The notes under the pieces were generated by a model that was not told the origin of the DNA, ran no database searches, and saw nothing but the letters and a program-made list of their open reading frames with translations. Positions 8,086-17,446 of a stretch of DNA of 64,000 nucleotides are shown piece after piece. The DNA is from Candidatus Poribacteria bacterium (GTDB lineage: Bacteria; Poribacteria; WGA-4E; WGA-3G): contig CAXXLX010000001.1 of NCBI GenBank assembly GCA_963665235.2, forward strand, positions 4,096,001-4,160,000, written 5' to 3'. The position numbers were made by a program, and so were the translations under genes. The stretch's first letter is position 1. Each line of letters opens with the position of its first letter.

Positions 8086-10041
8086 TTACCGTTCAAGATT
8101 TAGCACGGTTAAGTCCCATAACAGAATTGTGCTGTCAGAACTCACACTTGCAAGCGTTTTGCCATCCGGTGAGAATAGGACAGCATTGACGCGGTGTGTA
8201 TGTCCCATAAAGGTGTGAAGGTGTTTGCCTGTTAATGCGTCCCAAATGTTGATGTAGTTTGGGTCTTCGCTGGCACTTGCAAGTATTCTATCATCGGGAG
8301 AATACGCGAGAGACGTTACGTGTCCAGCTCCCTCTATTGGCGGAAGTAGTAGGTCGCCGGTGTGTGTATTCCACAAACGGATAGTGCCATCCTCGCTGCC
8401 GCTTGCAAGTGTACTGCCGTAAAAAGCATATACTACAGCCGTGACACCCCCTTCATGTCCGGTGAGCGTTTTGTAGTGGGTGTGTGTATTTACGTCCCAT
8501 AATTGGATTGTCTTGTCTTGACTACCACTGGCGAGCGTTTTACCATCAGGTGAGAACGTTACGGAAGAGACGCGCGCGGTATGCTCGGTAAAAGTTGCCA
8601 GACGTTCACCAATGTGATACAGCTCCCCCGTGCGAATTTCCCACAAACTGACCGTGTTGTCCCCGTCACTGTGCTTATTGGCACCCCTTCTAGGTGATTT
8701 GCTCCCACCGCCGCTTGCAAGGAGAGTTTGGTCAGGAGAAATAGCAACGGCATATATAGTATCTTTATGTCCTGTAAAACTTCCGAGGAACCGCCCGGTT
8801 CCTACGTCCCACAGACGCGCCTTTTTAGAGGTCCCGCCGGTAGCGAGTAGTTTGGCATCGGAAGAATATACCACGGAATAGACCTTACAACCGGGTTCAG
8901 TAGCTGTCTTCAGCAGCTCACCGGTCTGTGGATTCCACAATTGAATTTTCCTTTCACTGCCGCAGGTAAGGGTGCTGCCATCAGGTGAATATGTTGCGGC
9001 GTAAATTTCTGAAGATAGGTGTCCCGTAATCTCTTTTTTCAGTTCTCCTGTAGCCACATCCCAAAACCGGATTATGCCATCGTCAGCACCGGCTGCAACT
9101 GTCTTTCCATCAGGTGAATATGTCACAGAATTGAACTCTTCTCCACCTCCGAAGGTTTTCAGAAGTTTTGCCGTGCTAACCTCCCAAACACTAACGGTTT
9201 CCCAAGAACTTCCGGTAACGAGTTTGCGTCCGTCGGGTGAAAATTCCAGAGATTCGGGCCGTTCATCCGCTTTCTCTACACTTTTCAAGCGTTCACCTGT
9301 CTCCAAATCCCAAAAGTAGAGTGGACCATGACCACCACAAGCGAGAATTTTGCGCTGTGGTGAAATTGCAGCAACATCGAAATCTTCTTCAATCAGAACA
9401 TTTTTTATATTATTACCGGCTTGTGCATCCCAATACTCAATATAGGATTCGGACTTGTCGGATCTCCCGATAGTGAGAAATAACGCACCGTCCGGTGAAT
9501 ATGTTAGAGCATAAGTAGGTGTAACATCAGATTCAATAGCGGTTTTTAGCTGTTTACCTGTTTGCACATCCCAGAATCGGTTAGATTCGTCATAATCAAC
9601 ACTGGCGAGTATATCTCCGGCAGGATTAAATGTTATGAAACTAATATCATCTTCATGCCCAATACATGTGGCTTTATGTTTACCTGTGTTTGCGTCCCAT
9701 AATCGGATTGTGTTGTCTTCACTGCCCGTTGCAAACGTTCTACCGTCCGGACTGAAGACGATACACTCAATCGGTCCCGTATGCCCCGTGAGCAGGTCAA
9801 GGGGTTCGCCTGTTTGCACATCATAGATATGGATGCCGATAGAGGTGGCGACAGCGAGACGTTTGCCATCGGGAAAATATTTTAGCTGATATATCTTTCC
9901 TTTTCCGAGGCGCGCTTTGGCACCAATAGGTAAGCCTAAGTGTGTGTGATTTTGGGAGAAGGCGGTTGTTGTCAAAAAAGTTAGTAGATAAAATGTAGAG
10001 ATTATCGGTAAAAACGTCAGCAGGATGTTTGCTATTTTCAT
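8086..10041 (-). CDS. Secreted WD40-repeat protein (subtype B)
   Basis: Start MKIANIL at 10041 after AAGGAG; signal peptide AFS-Q; LGLPIGAKARLGKG leader; WD repeats. Confidence 0.92.
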   Translation of the reverse strand: MKIANILLTFLPIISTFYLLTFLTTTAFSQNHTHLGLPIGAKARLGKGKIYQLKYFPDGKRLAVATSIGIHIYDVQTGEPLDLLTGHTGPIECIVFSPDGRTFATGSEDNTIRLWDANTGKHKATCIGHEDDISFITFNPAGDILASVDYDESNRFWDVQTGKQLKTAIESDVTPTYALTYSPDGALFLTIGRSDKSESYIEYWDAQAGNNIKNVLIEEDFDVAAISPQRKILACGGHGPLYFWDLETGERLKSVEKADERPESLEFSPDGRKLVTGSSWETVSVWEVSTAKLLKTFGGGEEFNSVTYSPDGKTVAAGADDGIIRFWDVATGELKKEITGHLSSEIYAATYSPDGSTLTCGSERKIQLWNPQTGELLKTATEPGCKVYSVVYSSDAKLLATGGTSKKARLWDVGTGRFLGSFTGHKDTIYAVAISPDQTLLASGGGSKSPRRGANKHSDGDNTVSLWEIRTGELYHIGERLATFTEHTARVSSVTFSPDGKTLASGSQDKTIQLWDVNTHTHYKTLTGHEGGVTAVVYAFYGSTLASGSEDGTIRLWNTHTGDLLLPPIEGAGHVTSLAYSPDDRILASASEDPNYINIWDALTGKHLHTFMGHTHRVNAVLFSPDGKTLASVSSDSTILLWDLTVLNLER

Positions 10042-10061
10042 GCTAATTGAGCTCCTTAATA

Positions 10062-10566
10062 TCGCGTGCACAGCACGCTCCTACAGAAGAATATCGCATG
10101 CACAGCACGCTCCTACAGAATATAAGAAAGACATCGCGTGCACAGCACGCTCCTACAGAAGAGTCGCGTGCACAGCACGCTCCTACAGAAGAGTCGCGTG
10201 CACAGCACGCTCCTACAGAAGAGTCGCGTGCACAGCACGCTCCTACAGAAGAATATCGCATGCACAGCACGCTCCTACAGAAGAGTCGCGTGCACAGCAC
10301 GCTCCTACAGAAGAGTCGCGTGCACAGCACGCTCCTACAGAAGAGTCGCGTGCACAGCACGCTCCTACAGAAGAGTCGCGTGCACAGCACGCTCCTACAG
10401 AAGAGTCGCGTGCACAGCACGCTCCTACAGAAGAATATCGCATGCACAGCACGCTCCTACAGAATATAAGAAAGACATCGCGTGCACAGCACGCTCCTAC
10501 AGAAGAGTCGCGTGCACAGCACGCTCCTACAGAAGAGTCGCGTGCACAGCACGCTCCTACAGAAGA
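10062..10566. repeat. Tandem array of 16 REP family B units (30-bp basic period)
   Basis: TCGCGTGCACAGCACGCTCCTAC x16 with only three recurring linker types; minus strand reads GTAGGAGCGTGCTGTGCACGCGA (GTAG plus hairpin). Confidence 0.95.
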
Positions 10567-10581
10567 TGGGAAACGCAACCC

Positions 10582-13278
10582 CTACTGTGGGACATCCCAC
10601 AGCATGACTGTGCTATTCCATCCGGCTGTGGCGAGGGTGCGTCCATCCGGTGAAAATAACATAAACCAAGCCCCCTGGATATGCTCGTGATCGAAAGTTT
10701 GGATTACTTCACCTATAGCGGCATCCCAAAACGAAAGTTTTTTGTCTGAACCGATGCCAGCGAACGTCTGTCCATTTGGAGAGTAGGCAAGAGAATAGAG
10801 CTTCATTTCTGAAGTGATGGTTTTTAGCGGTTCATCCACATCAAATTCCCAAAGCTTGATTTCGCCATCAATACCCGTGCTTACGAACGTTTGCCAATCC
10901 GGTGAAAGTGCCACAACGGAGTCAGAAAGTGTTTTTAGGGTGTCCCCGGTGGTGATATCCCAAAAACGCACTTCCGAATCACTGGTACTTACAAGCCTCT
11001 GCCCATCAGGAGAGAACGCCAAACTCCGGACGTAATCGTCGTGCCATTCAAGTATTTTTAAAGTTTTGCCGGTAGGCACGTCCCATAAGTGGATACGGCC
11101 GTTAGAATCGCCGCTTGCAAGCGTCTGCCCATCAGGACTAAACGCTACCGATTCAGCACAATCCTTCTTATGTCCTGTGAAAATGCGTCCGCGTTCACCG
11201 GTTTCAGTATTCAAAAGCCAAACCGTATCACCACTGCCACATGCAAGCGTTACGCCGTCCGGTGAATATGCAATACTATGGATCATTTTGGAATCTGGAT
11301 AGTACGTTTTTATCAATTCCCCGGTACGGGTGTCCCATATCCGAAGACTGGGGCAAGAACTCACAGCGACAACCTTTGTCCCATCTGGTGAATACGCCAT
11401 GCACATAAACATTTGTGCATATCCGGTGAGAGTCCTTAGCGGAGCTTTGGAGTCAACATCCCAAAACCGGATTGTGCCATCACCGTGTGCATTTACCAAC
11501 GTATCGCCATCCGGGGAGAAAACAATGTGATGGGCGGTATCTGGTGGACTTTCAATAGTTTTGAGACGTTCACCTGTAGAGACATCCCAAAACTGAATCA
11601 CATCATCTCCCCAATGAGTACTAGCGAGTGTCTGTCCATCCGGACTAAACACAACTTTGTCAACACCTTCAGAATTAGTGGTGGCAGCGAAAGTCGCCTG
11701 AAGCGCGCCAGTGCGGGGCTCCCACAACCGAATTTTGCCATCACCACCCCCACTTGCTAGCAACTTAGCGTCCGGTGAGAAAGTTATAGCGGAAACGCGG
11801 CCTGTATATCCGGTGAGAGTGCGTAAGAATTCCCCGGTATGTGCATCCCACAGATGAATCAACTCGTCTCTGCCATAACTAGCAAGCATTTCGCCATCAG
11901 GCGAGTATATCACTTTGGAGACACGATCTGCATGTCCAGCATAGGTAAGAAGTAATTCACCAGTGTTCAAATCCCAAATACGAATTGTCTCATCTTCGCC
12001 GCCGCTTGCAAGTCTTTTTCCATCGGGACTAAACGCTATCGAACTGACCTCCGCATGTCCCGTGAGCGTCTTTTCAAGCTGCCCGGTACGGGGGTCCCAT
12101 AATAGGATTGTCTCATCTTTTCCCTCACACGCCAAGAGTTGATTATCCGGACTGAAAGCGAGTGCTCCAACACCCTCCGTGTGTTCTTTAAGCAGATGGA
12201 GTTCTTCACCGGTGCGTGCATCATAAATCCAAATACCGATAGTGCCTGCTGCAGCAAGAAGTGTACCGTCCGGGGAATACGCCATATTAAATACGTAGCC
12301 TTTTCCGAGCCGTGCTTTAGCTCCTTCAGGCAATTTCCATCTAGTAGAATCTTGGGTAAAGTTATTTTGCATAGATGTCTTTCCTTTTTGTAGACCGTCC
12401 GAACGGGTTTTGCCGGGGACATCATCACGTCCAGCTCGGTTTTGCAAATCGGGTTTCGCGTGAATATCCAGCACGAGCGGCACCTCCACGATGTCAATCG
12501 TCGGCTCTGACTGTGCGGCAAAACTATACGGCAGTTGAAACCGAATACGGTGCTGCTGACTTGCACCTATTAGCAATATCGCCAAAATAATCGATGCCCC
12601 CAGCGTGGCTAAAGGCAGCAACGGCTTCCCACCTGTCGGAGCGGGTTGTTTCACAGCGGTGCTCTCGCGCACAATACGCTCGGTTAGGTTGGCAGGCAAT
12701 TGCACACCACCGAGCACATCGCGAATCAGCGGCACCGCTTCCCTCAGCCGTTTTCGTGCGCGACTCAATCGACTTTTTACCGTGTTCGGGGATACACCTA
12801 AAAACTTGCTGATCGCCTCACAGCTCATTTCACCGAGATAGTGTAGGACCATCACTGTCCGTTCGTTCTCTGGCAATCTTTCCAATAGCTCCTCAACGAT
12901 TTCACGGCAACGTTCTGCGGATGCTTCCTCCTGCTGTTCTGATACATAGCAGGTGTATGCGGATTGTTCAAGGACATCTTCACTCGTGGTTTCTAACGAT
13001 TCCATCGGCAGTTTTCTCTTTCGATGCCACGCAATGCAGCGTCTATTAGCAATGACATAGAGCCACCCCGCAAACTGCTTAGGGTCTTTTAGGGTGGGCA
13101 ACTTCTGATATACACGTAGAAAGGTGTCCTGTGTAATTTCTTCGGCAATGTGGAAATCCCCGATTTTTCGCCATGCAAGTGCGTGAACGCTTTTCTGATA
13201 TTTATCAACTAAAGTCGTGAAGGCGGATTCGTCACCCGATAGGATGTCGTTAATCAGTTCAACGTCGTTTTTTTCCAT
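10582..13278 (-). CDS. ECF sigma-70 factor fused through one TM helix to WD40 beta-propellers
   Basis: Sigma region 2 (AEEITQDTFLRVY...FAGWLYVIANRRC) and region 4 (LPENERTVMVLHYL...TVKSRLSRARKRL); TM LLPLATLGASIILAILLIGA; WKLPEGAKARLGKG leader; about 14 WD repeats. Confidence 0.93.
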   Translation of the reverse strand: MEKNDVELINDILSGDESAFTTLVDKYQKSVHALAWRKIGDFHIAEEITQDTFLRVYQKLPTLKDPKQFAGWLYVIANRRCIAWHRKRKLPMESLETTSEDVLEQSAYTCYVSEQQEEASAERCREIVEELLERLPENERTVMVLHYLGEMSCEAISKFLGVSPNTVKSRLSRARKRLREAVPLIRDVLGGVQLPANLTERIVRESTAVKQPAPTGGKPLLPLATLGASIILAILLIGASQQHRIRFQLPYSFAAQSEPTIDIVEVPLVLDIHAKPDLQNRAGRDDVPGKTRSDGLQKGKTSMQNNFTQDSTRWKLPEGAKARLGKGYVFNMAYSPDGTLLAAAGTIGIWIYDARTGEELHLLKEHTEGVGALAFSPDNQLLACEGKDETILLWDPRTGQLEKTLTGHAEVSSIAFSPDGKRLASGGEDETIRIWDLNTGELLLTYAGHADRVSKVIYSPDGEMLASYGRDELIHLWDAHTGEFLRTLTGYTGRVSAITFSPDAKLLASGGGDGKIRLWEPRTGALQATFAATTNSEGVDKVVFSPDGQTLASTHWGDDVIQFWDVSTGERLKTIESPPDTAHHIVFSPDGDTLVNAHGDGTIRFWDVDSKAPLRTLTGYAQMFMCMAYSPDGTKVVAVSSCPSLRIWDTRTGELIKTYYPDSKMIHSIAYSPDGVTLACGSGDTVWLLNTETGERGRIFTGHKKDCAESVAFSPDGQTLASGDSNGRIHLWDVPTGKTLKILEWHDDYVRSLAFSPDGQRLVSTSDSEVRFWDITTGDTLKTLSDSVVALSPDWQTFVSTGIDGEIKLWEFDVDEPLKTITSEMKLYSLAYSPNGQTFAGIGSDKKLSFWDAAIGEVIQTFDHEHIQGAWFMLFSPDGRTLATAGWNSTVMLWDVPQ

Positions 13279-13315
13279 CGGAACCTCCGCGATAAAATGT
13301 ACCTACAATTATTAA

Positions 13316-13349
13316 TGACGCGATTTTGCAGCGGAAAGGTTGCAGGATT
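13316..13349 (-). promoter_or_regulatory. Putative ECF autoregulatory promoter TGCAACC-N17-CGTCA
   Basis: Minus strand AATCCTGCAACCTTTCCGCTGCAAAATCGCGTCA; AAC/-35 and CGTC/-10 boxes are typical of ECF promoters. Confidence 0.7.
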
Positions 13350-13528
13350 GACAAAAATTGATAAAAAAATTCAATTTTTGGAGAAAATCTGGAAAATACT
13401 GTTTGATGTCTGGCCGATTTCATGATGGGGCGGCACTAAAATTTGTCAAAGGACGTAAAGGTATGAAAAGGGTAAGCGACAATCAAATTAAGAATACAAG
13501 AAGGTAGCAGGACAACGCGCGTTCACGC

Positions 13529-14062
13529 TTAGACGATAAACCATAGGCCTAAGTGTCCCGAAAAAATTCCGATGAGCGCACCTGCAAGCACATCGGTCGG
13601 ATAGTGGACTCCGAGGTAGACACGGGCAACCCCAACTGTAGCTGCCCAACAAAAAGTCGGAATTTGTAAAAACGGAAAGAAGTTGGATAAAAGCATCATC
13701 ATCAGAAAAGCGGCGGAAGTATGTCCTGATGGAAAACTGAACCTATCGGGAGGACGAACCCGAAAATGCACGTCAACAATTTGGGCGAACGGACGGTCCC
13801 GTTTCAATGACTGTTTTAGCAGATGATAGAGAAATCTCTCAATCGGGAATGACATGCAGGCTGCCATTAAAAAAGGTCTACTTCTAACAGTGTCAACTGT
13901 CAGAAATACATAGAGTGCTACACACGGATAGAGATATCCGTTAGCACTCCAAGAAATCAAACGGAACGAACGGTTCAGAAACCTTCTATCTCCCCAATTA
14001 AAAATACGATGAAATAACGACTCATCCCATCGACTAAGGTTATTTGTAAATCCTCTAAGCAT
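13529..14062 (-). CDS. PAP2 family phosphatase
   Basis: Motifs KxxxxRxRP, FSFPSGH and ARVYLGVHYPTDVLAG. Confidence 0.93.
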   Translation of the reverse strand: MLRGFTNNLSRWDESLFHRIFNWGDRRFLNRSFRLISWSANGYLYPCVALYVFLTVDTVRSRPFLMAACMSFPIERFLYHLLKQSLKRDRPFAQIVDVHFRVRPPDRFSFPSGHTSAAFLMMMLLSNFFPFLQIPTFCWAATVGVARVYLGVHYPTDVLAGALIGIFSGHLGLWFIV

Positions 14063-14151
14063 CGATTACGACGTAAATAGGCACACTTGATAAAGTAAAC
14101 CTCTAAACTTCTCCATCCTCTTTTTTAAATATGAAAAACTTGCCACAATTA

Positions 14152-14180
14152 AGTATACCACAAAAAACAGCGAATTGCAA
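14152..14180 (-). promoter_or_regulatory. Sigma70-type promoter for the PAP2 gene
   Basis: TTGCAA-N17-TATACT with TG extension. Confidence 0.55.
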
Positions 14181-14220
14181 GCGAAATATTTTGGGGGACT
14201 TCATCTCTATTTTCTGCGAT

Positions 14221-14949
14221 TCATCGTACATCGACATAGGCGCGGAGAGCACGCAATGCAATGACCGTATAACCGTTTTGGGCGAGATGTTCCATGTAAC
14301 CTTCAAAGGCTTCAGGGGACGTATGCACCCAAGGGTGCTCCAAATCGGGTACACCGTGGAACGTGAGAACAGCGATGTTCCCATCCTTTGCCTGTGCAAG
14401 TGCCCAAGTGAAATCGTCAAAATCCCAGTTGGGACCAGAGGCACCGGTCGTCGGTATCAGGAGTGGATGGTGAACGGTTGGGTTGTATGCAGGCCCACGG
14501 CCGCCTTCAGAATCATATTGAAACTCCGGCGCAACGCCGCGGCGCGCAAACTGGAATCCGTGTTCAGCAAGCACGTTGACCGCCCCATCGCTATAGTTAT
14601 AACCGGGGTAGCAGAAGGTTGTTGGACGCGGGATGCGATACGCCTCACACCGTTCGTCAATGTGTTGTATATCAGCCTTGAGTTCCTCGGCAGGTTGATG
14701 CTTGACGTTACGGTGCTGTTTCGTGTGATTTCCAATTTCGAAACCTGCATCGTGTAAGCCGCGGATTTGTTCCCAGGTCATAAACGCCTCTTTATTGTGC
14801 AGAAAACCGAGCCCTTCCGTGATATAAAAGGTTGCTCCGAAGCCGTACCGCTTCAGAAGTGGGGCAACAAAGGTCGCATGTGATTCGCAGCCATCATCAA
14901 ACGTGAGAACGACCAATTTATCAGGAATTGGTTGTAAAGTCTGTTGCAT
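14221..14949 (-). CDS. Polysaccharide deacetylase (NodB/CE4) family protein
   Basis: VVLTFDDG, EIGNHTKQH, FCYPG and LTFH motifs. Confidence 0.92.
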   Translation of the reverse strand: MQQTLQPIPDKLVVLTFDDGCESHATFVAPLLKRYGFGATFYITEGLGFLHNKEAFMTWEQIRGLHDAGFEIGNHTKQHRNVKHQPAEELKADIQHIDERCEAYRIPRPTTFCYPGYNYSDGAVNVLAEHGFQFARRGVAPEFQYDSEGGRGPAYNPTVHHPLLIPTTGASGPNWDFDDFTWALAQAKDGNIAVLTFHGVPDLEHPWVHTSPEAFEGYMEHLAQNGYTVIALRALRAYVDVR

Positions 14950-14999
14950 AGATTCCCCAAATTCAGTGAAAACGGTTATGTGTTCGCGTAAGTATTAAT

Positions 15000-15028
15000 A
15001 TTATACCTGCGCAAACCGGCAATGTCAA
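15000..15028 (-). promoter_or_regulatory. Sigma70 consensus promoter for the deacetylase
   Basis: TTGACA-N17-TATAAT; a divergent TTGACA-N17-TATTAT lies on + at 15060-15088. Confidence 0.7.
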
Positions 15029-15222
15029 GGAAAAATTGTTAAAGGGTTGTAATTTTTTCTTGACAAAAATTTATGAATTGTGTATTATAATTTCAAGTTG
15101 CCACTTATAAACCTTTTTTTTCAATTTTTTCAATACATGAGGAGAGATTTTCAAACCTATAACCTATTGAAGAGAGTGGTAAAGGAGATGTGGAAAGATT
15201 CCGTTTCGGGTTCCACTATATT

Positions 15223-15366
15223 TAACCTAAGTTGCCAGCTATAAACTTTTTAGACTTGGGAACGCCGTTTTTAATGAAAAAATGATGATAATTGTAGCGT
15301 GAACTTTTAGTTTACGCCTTATGGCACAAACTAGGAAGTTTATGCTACTATGTGGCAACTTGCGTA
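15223..15366. mobile_element. MITE-like element with AAGTTGCCA/TGGCAACTT ends carrying an inverted REP pair
   Basis: TAACCTAAGTTGCCA...TGGCAACTTGCGTA; internal GTAGCGTGAACTTTTAGTTTACGC and GCACAAACTAGGAAGTTTATGCTAC. Confidence 0.65.
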
Positions 15367-15405
15367 TATTTTGATGAATACAGAGAAAAAATGGAGGGAT
15401 ACATA

Positions 15406-16398
15406 ATGCTCGATCGGCGCGGATTTTTAAAATCGTTAGCAGGTTTGACAACCGGCATTCTGCTATCGTCAGCGTGTGCGGAGGGAGTGGAAGAAACCCC
15501 CCGCAGTGACCGCCTCGGCACGCTTCTACCTATGCGGAAACTAGGTAGAACAGGTGAGGCTGTAACAATGCTTGGGGTCGGCGGATGGCATATAGGCGAA
15601 ATGAACGAAGCGGAAGCACAGAAAACAATTGAGACAGCACTCGAAGGCGGTGTCCGGTTCTTTGACAGCGCGGAATCTTATCAAGCAGGTGGAAGCGAGC
15701 GTCGCTTGGGAAAACTGCTTATTCCGAAGTACCGCGATGATGTGTTCATCATGACCAAGACAACAGCGCGGGACGCAGCGGGTGCACAGAAACACCTTGA
15801 AGCGTCACTCAAACGCCTGAATACCGAACAACTCGACCTGTGGCAGGTGCATGCAGTTCAAACTCGCGAGGATGTCGACCTACGCATTGACAACGGTGTT
15901 TTTGATGTGATGCTAAAGGCGAAGGAGACAGGAAAAACGCGTTACATCGGATTTACCGGACACACAAGTCCAGCTGCGCATCTCCGTGTGCTAGCGCAAT
16001 CCGATATTTTCGATGCATGTCAATTGCCGGTCAACCTTGTCGATGTCAGTTACGAAAGTTTCATAGAGGGTGTAGTGCCAACACTTGTCGAGCGAAATAT
16101 CGGGGTGATTGGAATGAAAGCGTTGGCAAACGGTGGCTTCTTCGGGGGTACCAAACATGGTAAACACGGCCCGAATCCAAAAGTAGTGCCGAATCGGGTG
16201 AGCATTCCAGAGGCAATCCGTTTCACTTGGTCATTTCCGGTTAGCACACTTGTCACAGGTCCGGACAACGCAGCCCAGCTACAAGAGAAAATTGACATCG
16301 CGAAATCGTTCGCTGGCATGGAAGACGCTGAACGCCAGAAGCTGATAGAAAAGGTCGCTGATATGGCCGGAACAACGGTTGAATTTTATAAAGCATAA
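15406..16398 (+). CDS. Aldo/keto reductase with twin-arginine signal
   Basis: MLDRRGFLKSL after GGAGG; RKLGRTG..LGVGG, FFDSAESY, MTKT, SLKRLNTEQLDLWQVH. Confidence 0.92.
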   Translation: MLDRRGFLKSLAGLTTGILLSSACAEGVEETPRSDRLGTLLPMRKLGRTGEAVTMLGVGGWHIGEMNEAEAQKTIETALEGGVRFFDSAESYQAGGSERRLGKLLIPKYRDDVFIMTKTTARDAAGAQKHLEASLKRLNTEQLDLWQVHAVQTREDVDLRIDNGVFDVMLKAKETGKTRYIGFTGHTSPAAHLRVLAQSDIFDACQLPVNLVDVSYESFIEGVVPTLVERNIGVIGMKALANGGFFGGTKHGKHGPNPKVVPNRVSIPEAIRFTWSFPVSTLVTGPDNAAQLQEKIDIAKSFAGMEDAERQKLIEKVADMAGTTVEFYKA

Positions 16399-16540
16399 GC
16401 TGTTGGTTATTAGCAATTAGCAAATAGTAAGAGGGGGGTTGATGTTTATAAGATTTGTGAAGTCATCACAAACCAGCCAACTGCCAACTGCCAGTAGCCA
16501 ACTGCCAATTATTATTATTATTATCCAAAGGAGGCAGAAA

Positions 16541-17368
16541 ATGCGTCAATCTTTTGTTTTTATACTACTCATAACAGTTCTTTTTTACGTACCCTTTAGC
16601 ACGAACGCAGCAAATATCGAGGATGGGCTCTGGCTTTACTTACCTTTGAACGAGGGAAAAGGTGAAAAGGTTAAGGACCACGGCCCCCACAATTTTGAAA
16701 CGGAATTTAGCGCAGATGCCCCGAAATGGGTCGAGGCGAAGCATGAAACCCTCGACAAAGCCTTGGAATTTGATGGAAAAGGAAATTACGTGAAAATCGA
16801 CATGGAGGCCCAAGGAAATGATATTGATTCCCATTTTGACGCGAAGAAGGGGCTCACGATTTGCGCATGGGTGAAAGTCTTGGCGACAGCCGTTGATGGA
16901 CATGGACAAACGCGTCAACCGATTGTTATGAAAGGTTTCCATGGCGTATGGGAATTCGCGCTCTATATCTATGACGATTTCGGAACAGGCCTGTCAGTCT
17001 GGAAGTGTGATGGCAGCGGCGTAGCTGAAACGAGCAAGCCAGGGGCTGCCCCAGTAGGAACATGGATTCATCAATGCGGTACCTTTAAAATAAAGGACGG
17101 CTCTCGGGTCTATATCAACGGCGACAAAAACCCCGTGGCACATAGAGAGGATAACGGAGTGCCTTGTGAAACAGGTAACCGACCTGTCTTTATCGGACAC
17201 CGCGAGGATGGACAATGGTTAAACGCTATCATTGCAGAAGTCTATATATGGGACAGGGTGATTGACATCGATGAAATGAACATCGCTATGAAAAGCGCGG
17301 GAGGGTTAGGAGTCGTTCACCCCGGGGATAAACTGACGACAATGTGGGGAAATATCAAACGTCGGTAA
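16541..17368 (+). CDS. Secreted LamG/concanavalin-like protein with C-terminal VHPGDKLTTMWGNIK motif
   Basis: ATG 16541 after AGGAGG; signal peptide; LPLNEGKG..VKD, ALEFDG, TICAWVK, WIH, IAEVYIWDR. Confidence 0.88.
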   Translation: MRQSFVFILLITVLFYVPFSTNAANIEDGLWLYLPLNEGKGEKVKDHGPHNFETEFSADAPKWVEAKHETLDKALEFDGKGNYVKIDMEAQGNDIDSHFDAKKGLTICAWVKVLATAVDGHGQTRQPIVMKGFHGVWEFALYIYDDFGTGLSVWKCDGSGVAETSKPGAAPVGTWIHQCGTFKIKDGSRVYINGDKNPVAHREDNGVPCETGNRPVFIGHREDGQWLNAIIAEVYIWDRVIDIDEMNIAMKSAGGLGVVHPGDKLTTMWGNIKRR

Positions 17369-17446
17369 ACATCTACCGTCTCGTCCTGTTTTGTATGCGC
17401 GCCTACACCGGCTAACCTCTGTAGGCATGCTTATCGTTTCCTCTCT

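Noticed and set aside
10062-10566. CRISPR array
   Set aside because: Linkers are 7-17 bp and recur identically; no unique spacers and no cas genes
10025-10690. Repeat-encoded ORFs (SRAQHAPTEE, CTARSYRR and others)
   Set aside because: Open in several frames only because the 30-bp unit lacks stops; no RBS or protein features
1113-12841. Numerous + strand ORFs opposite WD40 genes
   Set aside because: Antisense shadows of repetitive WD40 coding sequence
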